Positions 27,082 through 36,783 of a DNA stretch of 64,000 nucleotides are shown here, in pieces. The DNA lies in the IMG/VR virus record IMGVR_UViG_3300036834_000211, positions 1-64,000 of that record, one strand, 5' to 3'. Both the position numbers and the translations under genes were made by a program. Source of the DNA: a virus. Under the pieces are notes generated by a model. That model was not told the DNA's origin. It ran no database searches and saw nothing but the letters and a program-made list of their open reading frames with translations. The number at the start of each line of letters is the position of its first letter. Positions within the stretch are counted from its first letter, which is position 1.

Positions 27082-27141
27082 GGTCAGTTGCGCTGTCGAC
27101 GCCTTCGAAGGGCCTTTGCGGTAGCTACCGAGAAATTACGA

Positions 27142-27399
27142 ATGTCGCTCACAAAACTCCCAGATGGCAGCTTCCTCGACGTGGAGTGCAATCCGGTCGG
27201 GGCAATCTTCAAGCAGGCTCGACCCGCCAGTGAGGACTGGGTCGTCGTTGTGATGACGAAGATGGCTCAGTTCATCGTCCCTTGTGCGGACGAGGCCGAG
27301 GCCGACGCGCAGCTTGGTGCACTAGCTGCTCGATTGGGCTATAGTGCTGTCCGGGAGGCGAAGGACGCCTTCGAAGAGATGCGCGCACGAACTCAGTAG
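27142..27399 (+). CDS. Hypothetical protein
   Basis: ORF abutting the next gene. Confidence 0.55.
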   Translation: MSLTKLPDGSFLDVECNPVGAIFKQARPASEDWVVVVMTKMAQFIVPCADEAEADAQLGALAARLGYSAVREAKDAFEEMRARTQ

Positions 27400-27945
27400 A
27401 TGGTAGAGTTCGACCTCTCTGAAGCCCACCCGGACTACAAGCGGGACATTCCGGCAATACTCGAGCTATTGATGGGTCTCTACCCCGCGGCGGAGCTCCG
27501 ATCCGTTAAGCTGTATCAACCTAAGTCCGGCGACACTTCGATGGGTGCGACGTACCCCGGCGGCGAGATACGGTTGAATTCGTACTGGTTCACCAGTGAG
27601 CCCACCCAGCTCAGCGAGTCAGCCCTGCACCACACCATCGTCGACGTCGGCGGGGTGCAGATGGGATGGCACGGTCCCATGGTATGGGAGCCCAGGCAGC
27701 TTCTGACTCACGAGTTTGGGCACGTCATCTGGCAGGCCTTGCCGAAGCGTCAGGTCGAGGAGTGGGCCGGCGATAGGTGGCGGGAGGCGACTCGCAACCC
27801 ACGCCTGGCCCCGAGCGCCTACGCGCTTGCCGGCAACCCACCGGCTGAGGAGTTCTTCGGCGAGATGTTCGCACTGGTCCACCTCGGATTTGCAACCGAC
27901 GCCCAGGTTGCCGACATGGACGACTTGATCGGTAGACTGAGATGA
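27400..27945 (+). CDS. Zincin-like metallopeptidase domain protein
   Basis: THEFGH and PSAYA....EEFFGEMFA. Confidence 0.7.
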   Translation: MVEFDLSEAHPDYKRDIPAILELLMGLYPAAELRSVKLYQPKSGDTSMGATYPGGEIRLNSYWFTSEPTQLSESALHHTIVDVGGVQMGWHGPMVWEPRQLLTHEFGHVIWQALPKRQVEEWAGDRWREATRNPRLAPSAYALAGNPPAEEFFGEMFALVHLGFATDAQVADMDDLIGRLR

Positions 27946-28250
27946 CTATTCGAAGTCTGATCATGATCTACGCCGTCACTTTGCTAGTGACGGTAATACT
28001 GCTGGCTCTGCAGTCTGCTCACGCCCAATCTTCCTTCTCCAGGAGCTGCCAGAACATACAGCACCACATCGGCGACGACAGGCTGTCGGCGGAGTGCCGA
28101 ACGATGGATGGGCGGTGGGTCCACACCGAGCTCGACAACGTCGGATGGTGCATCGGGGACATAGGTAATCAGGACGGTCAGCTTGTGTGCAATCGACGTC
28201 GCGACATGATTCATCGGGAAGAGCACAATTGGGGAGAGCACTACCGATGA
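27942..28250 (+). CDS. Secreted cyanovirin-N-like (CVNH) protein
   Basis: Signal ..QSAHA|Q, then SFSRSCQNI....LSAECRTMDG....TELD...CIGDIGNQDGQLVC. Confidence 0.75.
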   Translation: MTIRSLIMIYAVTLLVTVILLALQSAHAQSSFSRSCQNIQHHIGDDRLSAECRTMDGRWVHTELDNVGWCIGDIGNQDGQLVCNRRRDMIHREEHNWGEHYR

Positions 28251-28465
28251 GAAGTGTGATCCTAGCCGTATCGGTACTAGTGGGACTGGTGTCGATCTCT
28301 CCCGCCCGAGCCGTACCCGTGCGCTCGTTCGTCGTTATCGACGCCGAGCACAGGGCGCAGGAGGAGGAGAGGGAGCGCCACCGCTGGTACCGAGAGCGAT
28401 GGCACGAGCATCGTCCCGACCGGTGGCACGAGCACCATCACGAGTACTACCGCGAGTACCGGTGA
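28247..28465 (+). CDS. Small secreted His/Arg/Glu-rich protein
   Basis: MRSVILAVSVLVGLVSISPARA|V; RWHEH repeats. Confidence 0.6.
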   Translation: MRSVILAVSVLVGLVSISPARAVPVRSFVVIDAEHRAQEEERERHRWYRERWHEHRPDRWHEHHHEYYREYR

Positions 28466-28713
28466 TGGCATCCTGTCATCCGATCTACGTGACCGGCATA
28501 TCGCAGGATGAGTGGGATCGGCTGCGCGCGGCCGCCACACTGCGCGCTCAGTTCGTCCTGAACGGCACTTCCGGCACCTACGACGGTCACGGATTCCGCG
28601 TCGATTGGTCGTACTCGGCCGCGTCGGAGACAATCACGGTAACGCCGCAGGACATCCCGATTGCGTGCCTCCTCTTCGAGAGCTTGCTGCGCCACGGCAT
28701 CGCGACTGTCTGA
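28465..28713 (+). CDS. Hypothetical protein
   Basis: TGATG coupling. Confidence 0.55.
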   Translation: MASCHPIYVTGISQDEWDRLRAAATLRAQFVLNGTSGTYDGHGFRVDWSYSAASETITVTPQDIPIACLLFESLLRHGIATV

Positions 28714-28763
28714 GAAAACCCGCGGCGTCGTCCCCCCGAAAAACAGCGATGGAGTGCTAGAGC

Positions 28764-29210
28764 TTGTCCGGCCTCCCTCCCGCTCCTGCGACGACGATCA
28801 AGACAGTCTTCTCCCAGGTTGACCAGATCGCTGCCCGACTCCAGATTCTTTCGGCTCAGGCCCCCACCTACGCGCAGTTCAACGTTACTCTGGGGCACCT
28901 GTCGAACCAGATCTCGCAGCTCCAGCAGCAGTTCGTCGCGTTCCAGGATCAGATAGTCGCCATACTGGAGCTCCTCCAGGCAATCCTGGAGCTGGCGCCG
29001 ACCTTCGGGACACTCCTTAATCAGGAGCTGATCCTCCAGAGCTTGGTACGCATCGAGCAGGCGCTCGGGAGCGTTCCGAAGACCCCGACGCAGATCGGGG
29101 TGGACTTTAAGAACGTTGAGACTGAGCCCCAGAAGCCGGCGAAGATCGGCGTGAGGACCGACGAGGTCACAACGGAACCTCAGAAGACCCCAGTGAGACG
29201 TGGACCCTAA
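28764..29210 (+). CDS. Hypothetical coiled-coil protein
   Basis: GGAG RBS; C-terminal IGV....V.TEPQK duplication. Confidence 0.55.
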   Translation: MSGLPPAPATTIKTVFSQVDQIAARLQILSAQAPTYAQFNVTLGHLSNQISQLQQQFVAFQDQIVAILELLQAILELAPTFGTLLNQELILQSLVRIEQALGSVPKTPTQIGVDFKNVETEPQKPAKIGVRTDEVTTEPQKTPVRRGP

Positions 29211-29228
29211 CCCCAAGGAGATTGCGAC

Positions 29229-29666
29229 ATGGCTACCCTGCCCGTACTCCCCAACGGCCACTTTGGCCTCCAGAACAACATGGTCTACTACTTCCCCCTC
29301 CAAGACGAGGACGTCAACAACAACATTGTACCGGCTCCAACTGGCGACGTCGTGACCCCTGTCGCCACCGGAGCTCACGCCGCCTCCCTGGCGTTCGCTG
29401 TCGGAGCAATGCCCGCCGGTAGCCCCAACCCCGGCGCCCCGGCGATCGTCGGTACTCCCATGGTCGTCCAGTCGGACGCTGGCAACGGCGGAGGCGGTAT
29501 CGGCCTGACTCTGACCGACACCGCGGGTCTGGCCGAGAACACGGTGACGTCGTCTGCACTGTTCGACATCACCGTGCCACCCCCGGGTCCGGCGACCGCG
29601 GAGGGCGTGGACTTCCCCGGCGTGTTCGTGGTGGCCCAGCCAACCCCGGCTGCTCCAGGGCCGTAA
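29229..29666 (+). CDS. Hypothetical Ig-like structural protein
   Basis: AAGGAG RBS; beta-rich, Pro-rich. Confidence 0.6.
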   Translation: MATLPVLPNGHFGLQNNMVYYFPLQDEDVNNNIVPAPTGDVVTPVATGAHAASLAFAVGAMPAGSPNPGAPAIVGTPMVVQSDAGNGGGGIGLTLTDTAGLAENTVTSSALFDITVPPPGPATAEGVDFPGVFVVAQPTPAAPGP

Positions 29667-29776
29667 TCGAGCCTGCAACGACGAATTACTGCGATTCCAG
29701 CTTGATAAGAGCTGTGGCCGCTCCCCTTATTGCGGCCACAGCTTAATCAAGGCTGGACGAGCCTTAGAGACGATTT
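29664..29776 (+). repeat. Dispersed hairpin repeat, copy 2
   Basis: CCAGCTTGAT..AGCTGTGGCCGC/GCGGCCACAGCT..ATCAAGGCTGGACGAGCCTTAGAGACGATTT. Confidence 0.85.
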
Positions 29777-29782
29777 CCCGAG

Positions 29783-29938
29783 ATGCTCGGAACGATTTTA
29801 CTCATCGTCCTGATCCTGCTGCTGGTCGGCGCGCTGCCCACCTGGCCGCACAGCGCCGGTTGGGGATATTATCCGACTGGCGGCCTGGGTCTCATCCTGA
29901 TCATCCTGATCGTGCTGCTGTTGCTCGGACGCTTGTAG
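29783..29938 (+). CDS. DUF3309-family small membrane protein
   Basis: Translated by hand: MLGTILLIVLILLLVGALPTWPHSAGWGYYPTGGLGLILIILIVLLLLGRL. Confidence 0.85.
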   Translation: MLGTILLIVLILLLVGALPTWPHSAGWGYYPTGGLGLILIILIVLLLLGRL

Positions 29939-29939
29939 T

Positions 29940-32915
29940 GTGTCGTCCTGTTCATTATTGCCTCTGTGCTTCGACTGCTCTCGCCTGCGCGGCGTCGTAC
30001 CGGATGTGGGCTGGACCTGCGAGGCGTTCCCTAGTGGTATCCCGACCGACATCCTGGCATCAGTCCACGACCACCGCGAGCCGTACGAGGGCGACGGCGG
30101 TCTGACGTTCGAGTCCAAGGTGACGGCTCAGGATTGGTGGGGTGATGTCGAGTGGAATGAGGGAGAGCACCCGCGCGGTCAGCCCGAAAACAAAGGTCAG
30201 TTTGCCAAGACTTCGAGTGTTGACCCGAAGGTTCATTCAGGTCTCGAGAAGAAAGGTTTTTCGCACGCAGGTGGCGAGGAGGCTCGTTATACTCACGCTT
30301 CGGGGCATGGGATCAGTTTTGAGCCACCGGCAAGGGAGGGTAGCTACGCCTACCAGTGGCAGCATCACGATCCTCAGGGAAATCTCGTCAAGAGAGACTT
30401 TGGCACCAGCACCCTAACAACCCATACGAACAAGATAGTTCGTGAAGCGCAAAGGGCTCCTACTGCTGAAATACCCGAGACACCCGATTGGAAGACGCCT
30501 GAAGAGGCTGCTAAAGGATTCCGCGAGCGGCATGGAAGCGCCATCATATTTGACAATTCGATATCATCCGCTGCTCAAGTATCGAAAACAAAGCAGCTTG
30601 ATCACTCATTAAGCGAGATCAAAGCCAATTTTCCTGGTTTAGGTGCTCTTGTTAGTGTATCCCAATTCGAAATCGCCAGTGGGCGCAGTGTCCCAATGGA
30701 GGACAGTGCGGGTGCGATGGGTGGATATTATCCACAGACTAGGAGACTTGTACTAGCTTCCAGTCTCAGAACAGAGGATGGGGTTCTTCACCGCGGACAG
30801 CATCTGGTTGGTGGACATACTCTACCTAACGTCCTACGACATGAGTTGGGGCACGCTATCGAGCGCAAGGTTCGTGAGGCCTCACCTGGAGGTTGGTCTA
30901 GTACGTGGTGGCAGGAGGTAAAGAAAACTGCTGGTAAAGACATCAGCAAGTATGCCGCGACCAACTTTGCCGAGTACTTCGCCGAATCCGTAGCAGCATA
31001 TTTGCATCCAGACTTTGCAACCAGTGGGGTTAAGATTGCTCCACGCATTCTAGAAGCTTTTGACAGTTTGCTGAGAAAGTCTCCACCCGAGGGCAAATCT
31101 TTAGATCAACACATTGAAGATTCGATGCCCGAACTGACTACAGACCCCCCCGAGTCCGAGGCCCAACGCCGCGCCATGTTCGCGGCTGCGGCCGGCCACT
31201 CGAACCTGGGCATCTCCCCGAGCGTGGGCAAGGAGTTCGCCGAGTCCGACCCGGGCGGCAAGCTGCCCGAGAAGGTCGGCAAGGACCTGGCCCCCCGCAA
31301 GTGGAAGATCCTCAAGCGCCTGTTCGGCGAGTGGCTGGACGAGGAGGAGGCCGAGCCGGAGCACCAGACCGTCGACGGGTGGGATGAGTGGTCTCCAGAG
31401 GCTCGAGAGGCGGCGGCCAAGGCAAGACAAAAGAAGACCCCTTTTGAGCGTGCGATGGAGCGAACCAATAAGGGTATTGCTAAGACCGAGCGCGAAAAAG
31501 CGAAGTATGGCGGCTTGACTGCGCCTCCTAAAGGAAAGAAAATTCAAGGCCCTAGCGAGTATGACCCAAATAATCCTGCAGGTCACAAGAGATTTGATTC
31601 GGCTGACGACAACTGGACACGCCGGGGCCGAGCGGCCAGCGTAGCGCTCACCACCGGGGACGGCCACGTCCTGCTCCTGCGACGGGCACGAGACGAGACG
31701 AACTGGCCCGATACCTGGTCGTTCCCCGGTGGGAAGGCAGAGGATGACGAGGATGACGAATCCGCCGCCAGGCGGGAGTTGGGCGAGGAGACTGGTTACG
31801 ACGGCGCCCTCGACGGCATGGCCGAGCTGGAGCGCACCCGCACCCCGAACGACTTCGAGCACGTCACCTACGTCGTCCCAGTCAGGGAGAAGTTCGAGCC
31901 CAAGCTTAGCCGGGAGCACAGCGGCTTTATGTGGGCTCCGGTGACCCGACTGCCCGAGAATACCCACCCCGGCGTCCGAGCCGCGATCGACCGGGTGATC
32001 GGGAAGGTGGCCGACGACGACGGTGCTCGAGACAAGAAGCTCGTCGTAGACCTGGACGACGACGAGAACCAACTCACCAAGCTGCTGACCCACATCAAGG
32101 AGACGGCCTCCGTCGGTCACTCGTTCGAGGTCGTGGTCGACCCGGAGGACCCGGAGCATCGGGCCAAGTTCTTCATCGACGGCGACGGCGCGTTCCGCAT
32201 CAAGAAGGTGGAGCAGGCCGCCGACGAGCTGGCGATGGACTGGACCGGGACCGCGATCCTCAGTCACTCGCCGCCCTGCGAGCTGGGGCTCTTCGACCCG
32301 AATGGACCAGTTCCACCTGTCTTCGACTTCGCCTACGACCGCGAGTCGGCCCGGCAGTACGATGCGGACGGTCACCTCCACGTCAGGGACGTGAACATCG
32401 CCAAGGCGAGCGTCAACGAGTATCTCGGCGAGGAGATCCCGGACTGGGAGAAGCTGGGGCTGGACCCGAAGAGGAAGTACCGCCTGTGGCGACACCCGGA
32501 CGAGCTGAAGAAGGCCGTTCCGACGGCCAACGGGAAGCCGATCCTGGACGACCACGCGCCGATCAACGCGGACACGCACGATCGAAAGATGGTCGTCGGA
32601 TCGGTTGGCACCGACGCGAGGTGGGAGCCCCCGTTTGTGAAGTCCACCCTGTCGTTCTGGCCGGCTAAGGCCAGCCGGGAGATTGAGAGCAACCGGCGCC
32701 GCGCCCTGAGCCCGGCTTACCGATACCGACCTGACATGACCCCGGGTCGTACTCCCGACGGCGAGCCTTACGACGGTGTGATGCGCGACATCTCCTTCTC
32801 GCACCTGGCCCAGATCCCGGAGGGTCGCCAGGGACCGGACATCGTCGTCACGGACGAATTGTTCACGTGGTCGACAATCGAGCGGGCCCTGCAGGAGATG
32901 ATGGTCTCGGGATGA
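29940..32915 (+). CDS. Multidomain protein: Cys-motif domain, zincin, NUDIX hydrolase, C-terminal DUF2213 (putative prohead protease)
   Basis: CEAFPSGIP; HELGH..SKYA..EYFAE; GGKAEDDEDDESAARRELGEETG; DADGHLHV..NIAKASVNEYLGEEI..YRYRPDMTPG..HLAQIPEGRQGPD. Confidence 0.85.
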   Translation: MSSCSLLPLCFDCSRLRGVVPDVGWTCEAFPSGIPTDILASVHDHREPYEGDGGLTFESKVTAQDWWGDVEWNEGEHPRGQPENKGQFAKTSSVDPKVHSGLEKKGFSHAGGEEARYTHASGHGISFEPPAREGSYAYQWQHHDPQGNLVKRDFGTSTLTTHTNKIVREAQRAPTAEIPETPDWKTPEEAAKGFRERHGSAIIFDNSISSAAQVSKTKQLDHSLSEIKANFPGLGALVSVSQFEIASGRSVPMEDSAGAMGGYYPQTRRLVLASSLRTEDGVLHRGQHLVGGHTLPNVLRHELGHAIERKVREASPGGWSSTWWQEVKKTAGKDISKYAATNFAEYFAESVAAYLHPDFATSGVKIAPRILEAFDSLLRKSPPEGKSLDQHIEDSMPELTTDPPESEAQRRAMFAAAAGHSNLGISPSVGKEFAESDPGGKLPEKVGKDLAPRKWKILKRLFGEWLDEEEAEPEHQTVDGWDEWSPEAREAAAKARQKKTPFERAMERTNKGIAKTEREKAKYGGLTAPPKGKKIQGPSEYDPNNPAGHKRFDSADDNWTRRGRAASVALTTGDGHVLLLRRARDETNWPDTWSFPGGKAEDDEDDESAARRELGEETGYDGALDGMAELERTRTPNDFEHVTYVVPVREKFEPKLSREHSGFMWAPVTRLPENTHPGVRAAIDRVIGKVADDDGARDKKLVVDLDDDENQLTKLLTHIKETASVGHSFEVVVDPEDPEHRAKFFIDGDGAFRIKKVEQAADELAMDWTGTAILSHSPPCELGLFDPNGPVPPVFDFAYDRESARQYDADGHLHVRDVNIAKASVNEYLGEEIPDWEKLGLDPKRKYRLWRHPDELKKAVPTANGKPILDDHAPINADTHDRKMVVGSVGTDARWEPPFVKSTLSFWPAKASREIESNRRRALSPAYRYRPDMTPGRTPDGEPYDGVMRDISFSHLAQIPEGRQGPDIVVTDELFTWSTIERALQEMMVSG

Positions 32916-34369
32916 GCAGATTAGTTGACGCGTTACGTCGAAAGTACAAGACGCCGCAGGAGGCCGTGGAGGCACTGGGTCTCGATGCCGCGCTGCTGAG
33001 AGGTGATACCGCACTGGTCGGTGATGAGGAGAATAGCATGAGAACTCAGTTGACTCCGAAGGCAGCCCTCGCCGCAGGCGCGGTCCTGGGTTGGTACAAC
33101 GCCAACAAGTCGAAGAGTACCGGCATGGCGATGGACGCTGCCGCCGATCTGATCAATCCGATCTTCGCCGGCGTCACGTCCAAGAACTACGCCGCCCAGA
33201 TACCCGTCGTCTCAGCTGCCGTCCTCGCTGCCGTCAACGGCAAGTTGGCTAACGACGTCTCCATCGAGGACGTCACCACACTAATCTCGGCGCTCCAGGG
33301 GACGGAGGCGGGTGCCGACACTGGCACCGAGGCCAACGTCGGTATGCCGGCCCACATGATGGAGGATCCGGAGGATGCCGACGACGAGAGCGAGGAGGAG
33401 CGCAAGGAGGACGAGGGCTGGGACAAGCGTGCCCGGGACGCCCGCGACCGGCTCGGTCGAGACGAGAGTGAGGAGGAGGCGGAGCGCCGCGAGGAGGAGG
33501 AAGCGGACGACGAGATGAATCCGCTAACCGGTCACGTATCAGACCGCAAGGCCGCCCGCGACAAGAGGCGGGCCGACGACGCTCGCAGGCGCCTGGGTCA
33601 CGACGAGAGCGAGGAGGAGCGCGAGAAGCGTGAGGAGCGGGAATCAGCAGAGGATCGAGTCCGCGCCCGCGACCGTCGGCGCATGGGTCGCGACTACCGC
33701 AAGGCCAGGGACGCCCACATAGCCGCCCGCGATGCCCACCGGAGGGCTACGAACGACTGGCGTGCGGCCAAGGACGCGCACCAGAGGGCGATGGACGGAC
33801 GCAGTGCGGACGACGCCGTCGCCGCCGACCGCGCTATGAAGAAGGCTGACGACGAGGCCCGCAGGGCCCACGACGCCCTGGTCAAGGCCAGGGACGCCCG
33901 TCACAAGGCCCGCGACGCTCGCAGGGCCCACGACAAGCGGTTCGGGCGGGACGAGCCCCCGCCGTTCGAGGGACGGCCGAAGAACGGAGGAACAGTGGAC
34001 AAGGCAGCGATGGACGAGGCCATCAGAGTGAGCGTCGCCGACGCCTTGCGCGAGAACGACCGCCGACACGCTGCGATCGCCGAGGCTCTCCGCGTCGTCC
34101 GACCCAGGGTCGGCGAGCTGGCGATGGACAGTTCAATCTACGCAGCCTCGGACGTCTACGATCGCGCCCTAACCGTGCTGGGCGTCGACCACGCGGGGAT
34201 CCGCGATGCGACAGCCTTGAAGCGCCTGTTCGAGGTGGCGGCGACTGCCCGTCCTAGTGCCGATCGACCGGGCGACGGGTTTGCGCACGACTCCGCCGGA
34301 CCGACCGCCGACGCAGCGAGGAGCTTCGACTCGCTCTACCCCGGGGTGCGGAACCGCTATCAGAACTGA
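32912..34369 (+). CDS. Putative head scaffold protein
   Basis: Between the protease and decoration/capsid genes; highly charged helical repeats; VRPRVGELAMD. Confidence 0.7.
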   Translation: MSRLVDALRRKYKTPQEAVEALGLDAALLRGDTALVGDEENSMRTQLTPKAALAAGAVLGWYNANKSKSTGMAMDAAADLINPIFAGVTSKNYAAQIPVVSAAVLAAVNGKLANDVSIEDVTTLISALQGTEAGADTGTEANVGMPAHMMEDPEDADDESEEERKEDEGWDKRARDARDRLGRDESEEEAERREEEEADDEMNPLTGHVSDRKAARDKRRADDARRRLGHDESEEEREKREERESAEDRVRARDRRRMGRDYRKARDAHIAARDAHRRATNDWRAAKDAHQRAMDGRSADDAVAADRAMKKADDEARRAHDALVKARDARHKARDARRAHDKRFGRDEPPPFEGRPKNGGTVDKAAMDEAIRVSVADALRENDRRHAAIAEALRVVRPRVGELAMDSSIYAASDVYDRALTVLGVDHAGIRDATALKRLFEVAATARPSADRPGDGFAHDSAGPTADAARSFDSLYPGVRNRYQN

Positions 34370-34419
34370 GTTAGAACCCGGGACGTACTTCCGAGCAAAA
34401 GTGAGAGAGGATTAGTCAG

Positions 34420-35385
34420 ATGCCCTCAAGACAGCAGCAGGCCCTAGTCGTCCCGGGGATCGGGGTCGAGGGCGACTTCGCGGATATGAACCCGCGCTAC
34501 AGCGTCCTCGCCGGACCCGGGGCGCTAGTCTCCGGATCGGCCGGGGTCTTCGTCGGTAGGTTTGCCTGGCTGAGCCAGGCGGCCCTGGATCCGGACTACG
34601 CCGCTGCGATCGTCAACAACTTTGGTGTCGGCGTCCCGGATGGCTTCGTACCGCGCAGCGGCCAGCAGTCGCTGATAACCCAGTACCTCGCCGACAGCAC
34701 CCTGCTAATCCAGCAAGGTGCGCCGCTGTGGTTGGCGGCTGGGGGTGGCTTCTTGGTGCGCAATAGCGGCTCCAACCAGGCGCTCGTCTGGCCTGTGGCG
34801 ATGAAGGCATATGCCAACCTGGCCAACGGCCTGGCTACCTTCGCCGCGACCGGCTCCCCGACCACGGCCTCCCTGACGACCTCGTCGATCGCGGCGAATA
34901 CGACGGTCGCCGCGATCAGTATGACCGGGTCGATTACCAACAACGTGCTGACGGTCACGGCCGTCTCCACCGGCACGCTGTACCCCGGTACGATCCTCAC
35001 GGGTCCGTCCGGCGTTGCCACCGGCACGCAGGTCGTCGCGCAGCTCACCAGCACGGCCACCGGCGGCGCTCTCGGCGGCCTCGGTACCTACGCACTGTCG
35101 ATCGGCGAGCAGACCGTCGCGTCCGGTACCGTGGTCGGCACCTACGGCATCTTGACCGTCGGCGGTGGCGGCCCGCCCGTTTCCGGCAGCGTGCTATCGG
35201 GCACCGGAGTCACGACCGGGACGATCGTGTGGGGACAGCTTACCGCCTCCACCTGGGTCGTGTCACCGTCCCAGACGGCGGCGAGTACTACGATCACCGC
35301 GACCCTGAACGTCGAGACCAAGTGGGCCGCGCGCTCCAGCGGCGGTGCCGGCGAGCTGATCAAGATCAGCGAGATCGCGCAGTAG
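34420..35385 (+). CDS. Head decoration/minor capsid protein with inserted modules
   Basis: GVEGDFA.MNPR.SVLAGPGALV..VGRFAW; VETKW...GELIKIS. Confidence 0.8.
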   Translation: MPSRQQQALVVPGIGVEGDFADMNPRYSVLAGPGALVSGSAGVFVGRFAWLSQAALDPDYAAAIVNNFGVGVPDGFVPRSGQQSLITQYLADSTLLIQQGAPLWLAAGGGFLVRNSGSNQALVWPVAMKAYANLANGLATFAATGSPTTASLTTSSIAANTTVAAISMTGSITNNVLTVTAVSTGTLYPGTILTGPSGVATGTQVVAQLTSTATGGALGGLGTYALSIGEQTVASGTVVGTYGILTVGGGGPPVSGSVLSGTGVTTGTIVWGQLTASTWVVSPSQTAASTTITATLNVETKWAARSSGGAGELIKISEIAQ

Positions 35386-35386
35386 G

Positions 35387-35599
35387 ATGGCCGGCTTCGC
35401 CTTCTCGAGGGTCTACAACCCGCTGGTCGACGACTACGAAATGATCGTCGCCGCCGCCCACCACCACGCCCTGGTCGGCGTGACGGTCTTCTCGCCGACC
35501 GCGGTTCGCCTGGACTTCGCCCCGTCCGACCTACCGGGCGCTCCGGCACCCGCGAAGGTGGTACTGCCCCCGTACATCGCCCCGCCGAAGCACCGCTGA
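35387..35599 (+). CDS. Hypothetical protein
   Basis: Short ORF in the operon. Confidence 0.45.
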   Translation: MAGFAFSRVYNPLVDDYEMIVAAAHHHALVGVTVFSPTAVRLDFAPSDLPGAPAPAKVVLPPYIAPPKHR

Positions 35600-35653
35600 A
35601 GACCTAGACATTTCCGGCCAGGAACCGGATTTAACTGAGGAGTTTACTTAATC

Positions 35654-36769
35654 ATGACACCACAAGAAGCGAGGGCCGAGTTCCTGGCGCACCGTCCCAT
35701 CCTCGTCGAGAGGGGGATCTCGTGGTACCCCGGTACGGAGCCGCGCTCTTACTGGCCGTCCGACTTCGCCCGAGTGGCGATGGACGCCGGGCTCACCATG
35801 GATGCCGTCCCAGCCATCGGCAGCAACGCGAATGCTGGCATCCCAGCGCTGTTCACCACGTACGTCGATCCGAAGGTCTACAAGTGGATCTTTGCCGCGC
35901 TGGCCATTGCCGACATCATCGGCGAGGAGCGGCGCGTCGCCGACTGGGCCGAGCAGACGGCGATGTTCCCAGTGTCGGAGCCGACCGGCGAGACGACCGC
36001 ATACAGCGACTACGCGGACGGCGGCCGTCCCTCCGACTACAACGCTAACTGGGCGCAGTTCCAGCAGTTCCTGTTCCAGGGCGTCATCGACTACGGCGAC
36101 CTCGAGGTGGAGAGGTTCTCCCGCGCGAAGATCAATGTGATCAGCGAGAAGCAGGAGTCCAGGGCGCGCAACCTGAACACGTTCTTGAACTTCATCTACG
36201 CCTTCGGCGTGGCCGGCCTGGCGAACTACGGGTTGCTCAACGATCCGCTGCTCTCCGCGGCACTGACGCCCGGTCCGAAGGCGTACGGCGGTACGGCGTG
36301 GCAGGTCGGGACGGTCACCCGGGCGACTCCGAACGAGATCTTCACCGACATCCAGTCGCTGATCACGCTCGGCGTCCAGCAGACCCTGGGCCGCGCCAAC
36401 ATGAAGAGCCGCATGACCTTGGCCCTCGGGCCGGTCAGCCACATGGCAATCACCGCGACCAATTCCTTCAACGTCAACACGACCGACCTACTGAAGAAGA
36501 ACTTCCCGAACCTGGAGATCAACGGCGAGGCCGTCCAGTACACGGCCCAGTCTTCGATCAACCCGCAGGGGATCGTCGGTGGCAACCTCATGCAGCTCGT
36601 GATCCACGAGATCGAGGGACAGCAGACCGGCTTCGCCGCGTACGGCGAGAAGCTGCGCACCTTCCCCGTCGTCCGTCAGCTGTCGTCCTTCCGCCAGAAG
36701 GCAGTGTCGGGAGGCTGGGGCTCCATAATCCGGATGCCGATGGCGATCGTGTCGATGTTCGGCATCTGA
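35654..36769 (+). CDS. Major capsid protein (DUF2184-like)
   Basis: NAGIPALFTTYVDP, GETTAYSDY, YGLLNDP, EKLR....SSFRQK..GGWG.IIR.P.AIVSM.GI. Confidence 0.92.
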   Translation: MTPQEARAEFLAHRPILVERGISWYPGTEPRSYWPSDFARVAMDAGLTMDAVPAIGSNANAGIPALFTTYVDPKVYKWIFAALAIADIIGEERRVADWAEQTAMFPVSEPTGETTAYSDYADGGRPSDYNANWAQFQQFLFQGVIDYGDLEVERFSRAKINVISEKQESRARNLNTFLNFIYAFGVAGLANYGLLNDPLLSAALTPGPKAYGGTAWQVGTVTRATPNEIFTDIQSLITLGVQQTLGRANMKSRMTLALGPVSHMAITATNSFNVNTTDLLKKNFPNLEINGEAVQYTAQSSINPQGIVGGNLMQLVIHEIEGQQTGFAAYGEKLRTFPVVRQLSSFRQKAVSGGWGSIIRMPMAIVSMFGI

Positions 36770-36783
36770 ATAGAGGAGAAGAG

